A stretch of DNA of 64,000 nt from Raillietiella orientalis. Taxonomy: Eukaryota. Below the pieces are notes generated by a model. That model had not been told where the DNA came from, searched no databases, and was given only the letters and a program-made list of their open reading frames with translations. How positions within the stretch are numbered: the first letter of the stretch is position 1; each line of letters begins with the position of its first letter. The translations under genes were made by a program, and so were the position numbers. Shown here piece by piece: positions 43,101 to 54,400 of the stretch. The stretch lies in assembly GCA_036172245.1 (NCBI GenBank), contig JAYWIR010000035.1, positions 124,001-188,000 of the forward strand, read 5' to 3'.

Positions 43101-45049
43101 TGGGTCCTGAGAGAGAGGGGGGAGCGAGCTCGTGTTCTCGACGTCCTCTCTCTCTTCCTCTGCGCGTCTCCACCGCCTGAGCTCTCTTTCGAACGGTCGC
43201 TGAGAGCCCAGAGGCTCTGTGTGACTCACGGCTCGTCTTCTCAGGACGAGGTCGGGTCATGGCAACCGGAGTGTTGCCTGGAAGAAGAGAGTGAGAGGCC
43301 TTTGCGCTCCACGGCTCGAGATGAGCGTGATCCTGTTCCGGGAGCCCGAGGCGGGCCGACCTCCCCGGACGCCCGGATGGCCGGAGGAGAAGGCGCGAGG
43401 GCAAGGGTAGAACCTGCGCACCCTGCGAAAAGTCGCTGCTCCCCTCGTTGCCGAGAAAACGGCCAGAGCCCCCGTACATCCCAGCTCAGTGCATGGTCAC
43501 TTCCTTCCTCGTCCAGAGTTTTTTTTTCTCCCTTCGATCCCGGATCGGCATGCATCTCTTCGCTGCTGGGTGGCGCGAGCTCTGGGGCCTGCTGGCCAAG
43601 CGGAGGGGGGAAGCCCTCCTCCGCGTGGTTCCTACGCGCGGAAGTGCAACAGGAAAGCGCAAGAGCGCCTGGCATTCCTGTCAGGTGGAGAAGGTGGGGG
43701 AGATCGGATTCGTACGGAGGAGGGAAGGGAGGAAGGGGGAGGAGGAGTTGGAAACGGGGGATGGATGAGGAAGCACCAGAAGGAAACATTCCTGGGAGCG
43801 GGTAGAAGAGCATCTGGCGACGCTGTCGGTTCCGAAGACACGAGCATGACAGACACCTCTCACGGAGGACTAAGGCTGCGAGGCGCGTCCTGGTGCTCTC
43901 GCCTCCTTGGCGAGTCGATCCTTCCTGGGGTCGTTTCCCGAATCGCGCCTCCGCGGACTCACCAACTGGTCCAGCGAGGGTGCCGCTGCCACGGGGAGTA
44001 GTCGAAGGACCCTGCTTGACTCCTGGCCGGGTTTCTGGCCTTGTGTCCCAACCAGTGGAGCCCTCGGCAACGAGGTTTTAATCCAGTCACGCCGGGACGT
44101 TCTTAGTTTAAAAAAACAAGTCTGAGGGAAGATGTACACCCTCAAAAAACAAGAAAAGCCAAGAAAAGTTCACCGAGGATGACCACCGGCACGTAGGCCG
44201 GCTTTCAAAAGGAAGGAAACGGAGGGAGGGGTCAATAAATAAATAAAAAAGGATAGGAGGTTGGGGACAGGGGTCTTTGGTATCAAATGTTCCCATTCTT
44301 CTAGAAGCCACTCTGGGTGATGGCGATTTCCCTGGAGACTTCTTGTGGCAGGTGAGGCCACTTTGCTGCTGCTCTCATAAGGGCTGCTGCCATTCTAGTG
44401 GCCTCGAGGGAGGGGAGGCACAAGCGCGTTCGTTTCCGGTCCCTGGAAACGGCTTGCTTCTCCTTCAGAGATTTCTCTTTCTCGAGGCATGAGGCGGATA
44501 TAGAAAAGGGGAAGGGGACAGAGTACGGAGGGAGGAGGAGAACGAAGAAGAAAGGAAGAGGAGATGGAAGATGTTGCAGAACCCGTCTGCCTGCTGCCAT
44601 CCGGGCAAGAGAAACCCCTTTCTTTGTGTTGGTCTCCTCGGTTCTTCGTCAAGGACGGGAGCAGCAGAGAGTGGCGCTGACGCCGTCTGCTCCTTTCTCG
44701 TTTTCGTACTTCTACCTTCTTCCAGTGACTGCCCCGACGTCGCGCGCCCGCCTTCTCCCTCTTCCATCCCAGGTTCCACTTCTGGAGCCGCCTTGGAGCA
44801 TTCTCGGGCTCCCTTTTTCCTCCGACGCGCGCATGCTCCATCTGCCATGCTGGAGAGATGCATTAGCCGCCGATCGTCAGGCGCAAGGATTCCAGTCGCA
44901 CCCCTACCGAGGTCCCGTCCCCTTCCCTGTCCCACAGTCTTACTTAAACGTTTTGCCTAACCTCCCCTCCCTAAAAATCTATAAATAGACTTATATTTAT
45001 TTATAGATTTTCAAGTATAAATAAACGACCCGTCGCATCCGGATATGGC

Positions 45050-45570
45050 CGTTTTCGGCTCCTGGAGGGTCAGCTGCTGCGTGTCAAGGGAGGAAGCAAA
45101 GGTGGCTCGGACCTAGGAACAAATCCGCATGAACATCCTTCGGAACGCGGAGGAAGCCTCCTGGACACTTGAAAGGGACCAGAGACTTTGGGAAAGGAAA
45201 AATGCCTCTTGAGTGGTGTGTGCGCGCGTGAGGGTGGGGGAAGAGCTGGAGAAAAGGAGAGAGGAGGGGACGGAATGGTCTCCGGATCAAGAGAAGAGGG
45301 TCCACGACGTGTGGCTCAATAGGGGCAGCTAGACGTGCATGACCGGTGCAGAGGACCCGTTTCAGGGGTCTGGAAGAGTACCGGGTGACCCTTGAGGTCG
45401 CCAATTTCCTCCGGCCGAGCCCTGGGACGGGGGACCCCCCTCGTTGCTCTCCAGAGTGAACCAGGAAATCCTCTTCTGGACGGACAAACGGCCTTCGGAG
45501 GGGTCTCCTGAGGCCCCGCGGGCATCGCATCAGCACAAGGCAGAAAGGACAAGAGGGGACGCGGGACGAG
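45050..45570 (-). mobile_element. Decayed LINE ORF2 3' relic (zf-RVT)
   Basis: PSCPFC (45540-45557), then a frameshifted QETPPKAVC...SLWR, followed by an AT-rich tail near 44975-45025. Confidence 0.33.
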
Positions 45571-45979
45571 AAGGCGCGCCGGGACTTCGTCTCCCCTAGG
45601 AGGACGCAGGGGGATTTTTATTCAGAGGGAGTTCTTATTCCGTCCCCCGACCGTCGCCTTCTTCCCTACCGCTCGCAAGGGACTCGCCTTGCAGAGCGCA
45701 TTCCGCAACGAGGCGAGATTCCCGGAGGGCAAATAGAGGACCTGACCCTGCTGAGCAGAAGGCTCGAGGTTAGCATGGCAGTAAGTTGGACGCGGGCTCT
45801 GGGGGCTTGCAGAGGCTTGCCTCTTTGCCAAGAACAAGTTTTTTGGGGAACTCTCAGGTCAGGGGACCAATATCCCCGCCGACCCTCAGCAACGGGAGGA
45901 GTGCACCGGAATGTAGATGCCCCTTACATCTTCGTCTCCGCGGAGTTGCGCCTCGCAGCCGCTGTCTTCCGTCGGAGGG

Positions 45980-46560
45980 GATGCCCTAGTCTTCATGACG
46001 GAGAGGAGCACGCTGGTCCTCGACGCGTCCACGGCGGTGATCAAGCTGGAAGAAGGGCAGCCGAGACGCGTAGACCGCACCTCGGTCGTTTCACACATCC
46101 TCGATTCTGGACCGTTTCGGCGAGAAGACTTGTCACTCAGACTCCATCCTCATTCTGTCCCTCTTCGCAACTTGCGGGGTTTCACGGTCGGGGATCAGAA
46201 TGATGCCGACTCTTTCCGCCGGAGGATCTGGATTTTCGCTCCTGAACCCATCCGGCTCCAGGCACGAGCATTCGGCCATTGTGGCGTCGTCGTCTCAGAC
46301 CTTTCTCCCATCTGTTCCTTGGTCTACGGATGTCGGAACTCGCGTGCCGCCCCCCCCCTTCTTCGACTTCCCGACGAAGAGCGCATCCCATTCCAGCTTC
46401 TTCCTGCACGCGCAAGGCATCCTGCGAAACACGGAAGGAAGTAGGTTTGGATGACTCTCTGTGCCGTTGCGGGGCATGCGGACAGCCTCCGTTCCCGAAG
46501 CGAGGAGCTCTGGACAGGAAGTGTGGGAGGAGGAGGCTTGATCGCCGTCTTTCCCGCGCT
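45980..46560 (+). mobile_element. Decayed Tx1-type ORF1-like relic
   Basis: VDRTSVVSHILDSGPFRREDL...FTV...F and GQPPF...RKCG resemble a Tx1 ORF1 RRM and the entry to its knuckle. Confidence 0.28.
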
Positions 46561-49500
46561 AGAGGAGCCCCGAGGCTCGCCAGAGAGCTTCTGGCGTCAC
46601 CGCGCAGTGGCAACCTAGGATCATCCAGGAAACGGTCACTCAGCCGCCTCCCGCTATGAGCTGCGAGCGCATCTCGAGCTCTTGCAGACTTGGAGGGCTA
46701 AGGGCGGCACGTCTTGGAGGGAACGGGAGGGAGGAGGAGAGGGAAGTGATACTGGGAACGCGCGAACCGTTGGAGTTGGCGCTCGCTGGCTCGGGCTGTG
46801 CCACTCGCGCGTCCTCCTCTGTTCGAGGGCGAAGACTTGGAAGAACTGGCCACCCTGGGGGATGTGAATATGAAAATTCTTCCTCTTGCGGGCAGTGCTT
46901 CTCCTCTTCCCTCTTCTTGTAAAGTGGAGACTCTTCATGCAGAGGATGGAAGAGGTGGAAGTGGGGAAGGAGGAGGAAAGGAGGAGGCTGAGAAGGGAGA
47001 AATCCCGACAAGAGAGAATCCTGAAGATGGAACCAGTATTCCAGATCACGTCGCCCGGTGAACTCTCAGCGGAGACCACCAGGATCACCTCGAGGGTGCC
47101 GTTGCCCATTTTTTTTCTTCTTCCTTCCCACCTTGAGGGGCGGAGTCGGCACGTCTCGGAGTAAAGGCTCCCTCTCTCTCGCCTCCTCCCCATCTTCCCC
47201 CTTCCTTCCTTACTCCCTGCTCCCTCCCGGTGCTGACAGAGGGGCGCGTTTCCCGACGTGCTCACAGTACCAATCAAACGGACGCTTCATCCCGCAGGTT
47301 CCGGTTGCGATGACAATTTGCGCGCATCCCTGGTTAGGCGATGCATCGGGCCGATTTAGCCTCGTTTCGCCCCCTTGTCAAGACACGGGAATAATCAGCC
47401 GCCCCATTGTTATTTCCCCTCATTACATCCCGGGAAGCGATCGCTGGCGTTCATGGAAATCCTGTTAGATCCCGCGCGGAGTTCGCCGAGGCTAATCGAA
47501 TTGGACAGGAACCTTCTTGCAGGAGGGAAGCACGGGAGGAATCCGGGACGCGAGCGGGGGGAATCGAATTAGTTCCCGTGATCAGCATGCGGAGTGTCCC
47601 GCTCCGCCGCGAGGAAGAGTAAACTTTTTGCGAGGACCCTCCCGGTTCTCCAGACAAAACCGATAACGAGATCAGCAAGAGGAGCGGCAGATGAGGAAGG
47701 AAGGGGGGGGGGGAGATGGAGGCAGAGGGAGAGAGGGGGAAAAAGAATCCCCGGATCGGACTTGCTGGGCAGGGAATGGCGGAAGGGACGCGTGGGAGGA
47801 ACTCGTCCGGGTTCCGCAGAGCGAGCCGCTGGGACCGAAGGAGGGGGTAGGCAGAGCCGACCCTCGAGAGGAAGGCGGAGGCTGCGCCACCGACGGGACC
47901 GGGAAAGCTCGTTCAGTTCTCCGGGATGCGAGTGCGGAAGTGGCGAGCAGAGGGAAGGAGGCGGACCACTCCCGCCGCTGACTCTGGGAAACGCCTCCGT
48001 TTCGCCTGCCTGGGACCGATAACTTCCGGCAGAGGAATGCCCACGCGAGGCCGGTGAAGGGGAAGGGAAAGGACTTGCGCCGGCAAACGGCTCCTCGGCT
48101 CGCGACCCGGAGTTGCCAGGCCGGCGTCGAGCGGGAGAAAAGGGAGGAGAGCGAAGAGGAACCCTCGGCTCTTCTCAGGCCACCTCCGGACGCGGGAGCG
48201 GGCCGCTCCCTCGAGGAGGCGCGCCCTCGAGACGCATCTCAAGGGCTCTCGGAAAGCCGGCTGCTCCCTCTGGTTTCCCGAGATGACCCCGCGCGAGCGG
48301 GACTCGTCGGCCCGAACGGCTCCCCGGGAGGAGTAGCTTCCGCACCGATCGACTTCGCGGGCTGATTTATCTGGCGGGGCGCGACGGCGGGGAACGAATC
48401 GGGCGGGGGCGGGAGCAAGGGCGTGTGAAATTGGACGGGAAAGACAGAGCTCCCGGCGTCATCTTCACCTTCCTCCCTCCCCCAGTGTCGCCAGACAACG
48501 AGCCGTGCGTGCTTGCCGGACACGTTCCGGGCGCATCTGCCCAGCTGAGAGCCCGCAGGGTTCAGCATCTCGGATCCCCGCGAAAGGAGACTGTCGCTGC
48601 CTTGGCAACGGCGTCGGCGACGGCTCTTGCTGGCGCGGGACGGCCTGGGAAGGAAAAGCGACGCCGTTCCCGGTGACCGCTCGACAGTGGGTGCCCCGAC
48701 CGGAATCTCCGAGCCAGGTATTGCGTCGGCAGCGGATGAGGCGGTCTAGAACAGAGAGGGAGGAAGCGGAGGGGGAGGACGCGCGGAGATCCTTCCTTGC
48801 GCGTCTCTTCTGAACACAGAGCGAGCGAGGTCGGGTTTCTTCGTCCCCCCACCTCCCGTCTGCCTCCATCCTCGACAGGAAGAGCCAGCCGCACTCCACC
48901 GCGCTTACTCCCCCGGAGTACTCGGCTCTCGTCCACCCCGCACCGACAGGGGGACCAGGGCCGCAGCCTCGACTCGCTCGCTGGGGCGGCGGGGCGCGCG
49001 CGCTGGGGTTCCCCTCCCGAGGGAGGGAGAACAGGACTTCCCGCGGGTCAGCGAGGAGGCGCCGGAGCACCCCCGCATCTCCCCCCGAAGGAATGTCTGC
49101 GTCCGGCGGTCTCAGCGAGCCGCTTGTTTACCGCGGCCGAGCGTCAGGTGGAATGGCATTGAGATGTCAGAACGGCTGTTCCCTCAGCAGGGATACCCTC
49201 ACTCATCATTAGAGCGGATGGCCCAGCTCGTGTCCAGCGGTGATCTCACCTTGACGCGGGACCCCGGGGAAAAAATTTATCACTCAAGGAGCACTTCAAA
49301 TTATGTAATGTTTCTTGTGGGAAAAGAGATATCCATCGCGAATCAATGGCGGCTGCGCTCTGCAGGATGGATGAGGGAGGCAGAGCGGAATGAGTTTTGA
49401 CGAGGAGGAGGGGGGAGGGGGGGGGAGTGCAGGAAAGAAGGAGGAGAAGCGATTAATGTCCAGGTGGAAACGACCCCTCGTGACGGAAGGGATGCGATTG

Positions 49501-50103
49501 AATGCTCTCGATGGGAGGAGGAGAAGAAGAAGAAAAAGGAAAAGGAGAAAAGAGGCGGACGCGCATCTCGCTGGCCCCGGGCCGCCCTCGCGAAGGGCGG
49601 CGGTTGCGCTCCCCGTGCGCATCGTTCGTCGCGATACCCTTCGGCGGCAGTCAACAGGCGCCCTCTCGACGCGGTGACGAATTCCACCCGCGCGGCGTCA
49701 AAACAGAATCGGCGAGACGCTCGCCGCCGGTGGTGGCAGGCGTGTCGCGGTGAACCGCGCGCGCGTGGCGCACCCCTGCGCGTGTGGCTTTCTCCCCCTA
49801 TCGCACAGGCTGGAGAGAGAGGGCGCGGAGCGCATCCCCACCCCCTCTCTCTGTGTCTCCTTCCTCCCCCTCCCTGGCGATCGGACGCATCAAAGGAATC
49901 AGTTGTTTTTCCCTCCTCCCTCTCCCGAAATTCCGACGAGAAATAGATTTGCTCGGGAACGCGTACACTGTGATACCGCGGGCTTCCTCAGGCGGGCAAA
50001 CAAAGCTCCGCAGCACGTGCGCGCGCGTTAATTTCGAACACCTGAGCCGAGGCGGGAAGCGAGTCGTCATTACAAGCAGATTAAAAGAGAGGGGGGGGGG
50101 GGA

Positions 50104-50108
<5 letters not shown>

Positions 50109-50145
<37 letters not shown>

Positions 50146-50163
50146 CGCGCGCGCGCGCGCGCG
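50109..50163. repeat. Compound microsatellite (AC)17A-G-(GC)9G
   Basis: Seen directly. Confidence 0.95.
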
Positions 50164-51499
50164 ACGTCATTCCGATTTCCTAATGGAAGTTTCCTGCGCC
50201 ACGGGAGCGAACTTCACACCGCCGTCGCGAGTCCGCAAGCACAGCCCGCCCTCCCCCGGTCCAGCGAACCGCGTCTCCCACGTGTTTCTCGTCAGGCTGT
50301 TGTTTTCCCGCTCCCGCGCAACCGAGCAGGCTTGCCAGAATGCATTTTTTTTTTCCGCTTTCTTTCTTCCGCCCACGCGAAAACGGAACTGACGAAAAAA
50401 AATTGGGAGCTTCTTCCTCGCTCCGTTTGCCCCAGAGCAAAGCCACGGCTTTCGTCTTCTCTCCCAGAGTGAGACTGGCGGGATACATGCATTTTTAAAC
50501 ACGTGCAGGACGCGCGAACGTAAGGAGCAGCCCATGTTTATCAGCAGAGCACGAGTAGCACAGCAGCTTCGTTTTCGATTCTTTTGGATACACTGTACGC
50601 AGGAAATTTCGTACCGAAAGAAATTTTTTTTCTCTCTCTCTCCAGCTCCCCTTTTGAAAGTGCTTCGTGTTCGTCTCGAGAAATTCCGCGGATTTTTCGT
50701 AACACCTTTTTTTTGCCCCCATTTCCCGGGAGTGAGACGTCATGACAGTCTTCAGACAAGCATCCATGACAAGACCAGCAGCAGCACCCATCGATTAAAG
50801 TGCTGCATTATTTTGTGTACCACGCTTTTGTGAATCCTCTGTTCTCTTTTGCCCGCATCTGGGTGTTTTTTTTTTTTTGGAGCCCCGAACTGCAAAAAAG
50901 CAGGAACTGGAAAATGTAGCAACACACAGTATGTCAGCGTCAAGTAGACAGCACGCTCACTCCTTCATTGACGGGTGATCCACGTTTTAAATGCTCGAAA
51001 GATTACGGTCGAGCGCTAACATCAAAACCGCAGATTCCTACATCACTTACTGAGAGCATCTCTCGTGCGGGAGATTCAAAAAAAAAAAAAAAAAAAACAC
51101 GCAACTCCTACCGGGTCTTTCAGACCGATCCAGGTTCCCTTACGTGAACACCGTGCGATGCAATGCATGCCAGAGAGAATGCATGCCCAGTGCGCGCGAT
51201 CTGGAAACCGTGTCCTGGAGGAATCCCTCACGTATCGGTGACCGCTGACGTTGGTAGAGCATAGCGAAGAGGGAGACTTCCCGACCAAGGCAAACCGCAA
51301 GGTTCCTTCCACAAGATGCGAGCAGAAGAACGCAATCATTCGAGACGCAAATGGATGAATCGCACGCGCTCCCCACGCAATCAAATGCCTCGGTAGCTTG
51401 CGGGGTTCGCATCCCCGTTCCTCCTCCCCTCACCCGCCGAATTTTTACTCCGGAATGTTTCGGGAGTCTTGGAGAGCGTCCGACCCTGCCAATAGCGAG

Positions 51500-54400
51500 G
51501 CTTTCTTGATCGTCTCCTCGTGGCATTTCGGAGCTCCTTCCCTATCATCGATCACGGCCGGGCACGCCTGCGTAAACGGGAACGCTTCTGGCCAATCTGC
51601 GCTATTCCGGACCTCTTGTACAGGTTCGCTTCCATGGAGTCTCCTCCTCGCCCGGCGGCTGCCGATCCAACTCCGCGCTCGAAGAACCCTCTGCGCGGGG
51701 GGAACCCGGCGTCTTCCAGAGTTACCGTCTCCGGACTCTGTCGAGGGAGAGAATCCTCTTGCCAGGCATGCCGCCCCTGCTTGCGAAGAGGCGATGTTCT
51801 CTCCCTGGGCGAAGTGACAGGCCCCCCGCGGACGGACAACATCCCACGCACCACCTCGGACGAGTTTCCTCGACCACCAGAGGTCTCGAAGCCCCTGCAC
51901 CAGACCGCCTCTGTTGCACAGGGATGTGCCCCTGGTTTCGTTGCCCACGGACTCCGACAGATGGGGTCGTCCACTTGGGACGCTGGGGCAGGCTACTCCT
52001 CGATGCACGGGATGGACTAAGAAAGCCCTTCATCTAGAGGTGGCTGGGCGCGGCTGATGAGGAGCCATCTCCGAGCAGGAGGAGTATGCTGAAAAATCCA
52101 TATTCTCACCTACGACACACCGTATGGTGTCCTTCCCTCCTGAACCTCGACCCATTGTCCTTGACCAGCAACGGAAGGCGACAAGAAAGGGCCATCTGGA
52201 GCGTTTGCAGAGGAAGCTGGCAACGGCCAGGGAGAGAGGCCTCTGAAAAGGCGTTCAGTGCTCTTGAATTCCTTCGGCGGAGAGTTCATTCAGTGCTTCT
52301 CATCTCCATCCTCCCCAACGACCCCCTTCTTGGTCAGGAGATACGTCAGCCCACCAGATTTTCTCGTCTCCGGGAGTGCGGATTTCTCCATCTCAGGCAG
52401 TGAGCTTCACCTGCGCTGAAGGTGTCGAGAGCTCCTCAGTCTCCGATCCTGTTCCGAGTTTGCGTTCCGCACCGAAGCAACCTCTCGTCATCCGCGATGG
52501 TTGCCGGGAAGAATCCTGTTCTGGCACTTCGGAGCGACCTTTCCTCTCGCGTGATGGGAGAAACCGATCTGTACCTGTTTCGGATGTTGGTTCAGTCCGT
52601 TTCTCCCTCCCTTTCGACTGAGCGAGGCTCGATCGCCTCGGATGCGGACTCTGCTCGGTTTCCTGTCGGCATGAACGGTCTCGTCGTTGCTTGGGCTACG
52701 GGGGCATCCAGGGTGCGACTTGCGTTTGGAAACGCCTGAGGGAAGTCTCTTTCTCCGCGTTGCGGATCGCGGCGGCCGCTGCCGAAGAGTTCCAGAGCCT
52801 TGTGACGGATGTGGAAGAGAGCGGCACAGGTGAAGAACGGATCGCCAGTGAAGGCGGGCGACTCGCTTCGCTAGTGCACCCCAAAGTGGACGCCGGGTGG
52901 CTATCCGGCCAGCCACGCGACGGTGGCAGGAGTCGTGCAGTGCGGGAGCCGCTGCCAAGAAGGTAGCCACTATCTAGGCTGGAGTGTGCTAGCGCGCGTC
53001 AACGGGATGGTTCATCGGACAGAGCTCACCTTTCCTGAGCCACCACGGATGCCTCGGACCACTATCCCGCCCCGTGTCCACGATGTCCACCACCTTGTCC
53101 GACCGCTTCCGTTGTCTTTTAGCGCAAGAGTTCGATTTGCTCTGCCTTGGCCCGCTTGCGGGGGAACAGAGAGGGTGGTACACGCACCTTGCAAGAGGAA
53201 ACTCAGATGTGCGGAGAAGGGGTCCAGTCTTCAAGAGACATCCAGAGCGTGAGTGTTTGAGCGCGGATCCACTTCCTGGATGTTTGAGATTCGGCAGCCT
53301 TTGAGGTGTTTTTTTTCTTTTCCCCTCTCTCTCCATGTCGTTTTGACGAAGTTTCGAGTTCTTCCCGGAACCTTCAAGAGCAGCGATCGGTCTTTCCTTG
53401 GTGGCCATCCTTTCTCCCGAAGAGAGCTTGTTCTAGATCACGTGACAGGAACCTCAATCTGCCATCGTTTCCTGTTGGCGATTTTTTTCCTCTTTCTCTC
53501 TTCCTCTCTCACCCGATGTCTTCGTCGTGCCAACCGCCTCTTCATAGTCGTCCGTACCACGTCATCGGATTTTCTCAGGAATGCGCGGTTAAGAACCAGG
53601 CGACCGAGAGCATTGGAGCCCCGGAGAGAGGGCGCGCTCGCGCGTAACTGCGCCACCGGGGATGCGGCGGAAGCAAAACGCTCTCTTCCCGCGGCTGCTT
53701 TCTGCTCGCACCTCCTCGACGCCACGAGCTTCGCCCCGGGGAAGCTCCCGTTCTCTTCCTCTCCTCCGACCTCGCGGATCCAGGTGGCGCTGTCTCTCTT
53801 CCCTTCCGAACTACGGAATCTTTGTCGTGGGGCGGGAAAAATGGGCGCAGAACCGATGGGGTGAGCAGCAGCAGCGGCAGGAGGGGGCAAGAGCTTACCG
53901 GTTCGGCTCCCCAGACTAGGCTGCGTCGTCCACTGCCGGCCCGCCTGCTCTCGCGGGGATGAGGGCATCTTTGCTCTCGAGATGGCACACGCCCTCGGGA
54001 GCAAGCGCGCCATCAGTCCGGCCTCGCTCCGTGACCAGCCGATCTGTCATGCCGAGGTGCGGGAAACGACTCGCCGCGTCGCAGAGCTCCGGCACGCGCG
54101 AAAAACGTATATGCGATGGACGCGGGTTCGGACGCCTCCTTTCCTCCGGTGCAAAAGAATCCTAGACTGGAGCTGCTGCGGCGCCCGGCGCCGGCAGCAG
54201 AGGAGGAAGTTCCCAGGGAAGAGGGGAAGGGGAGGTCGTGCGAGCTCGCCGACGAGCCGCGGATGGATTCGGGTGGGTGGTCCCAGCGCGAGGGGTCCGT
54301 CACCTCTGGACGAAGGGCTCTCGCTCCAGGAGCGCTTCCTTCCTTCCGCCTCCAGTGGCCAGTCTCGGACAGAAGTGAGGAAACGAAACTCGGGGAGGAG

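Noticed and set aside
43470..43495. LSWDVRGL resembling the APE start motif SWNVRGL
   Set aside because: No downstream APE motifs could be followed, so it is not called as a separate element.
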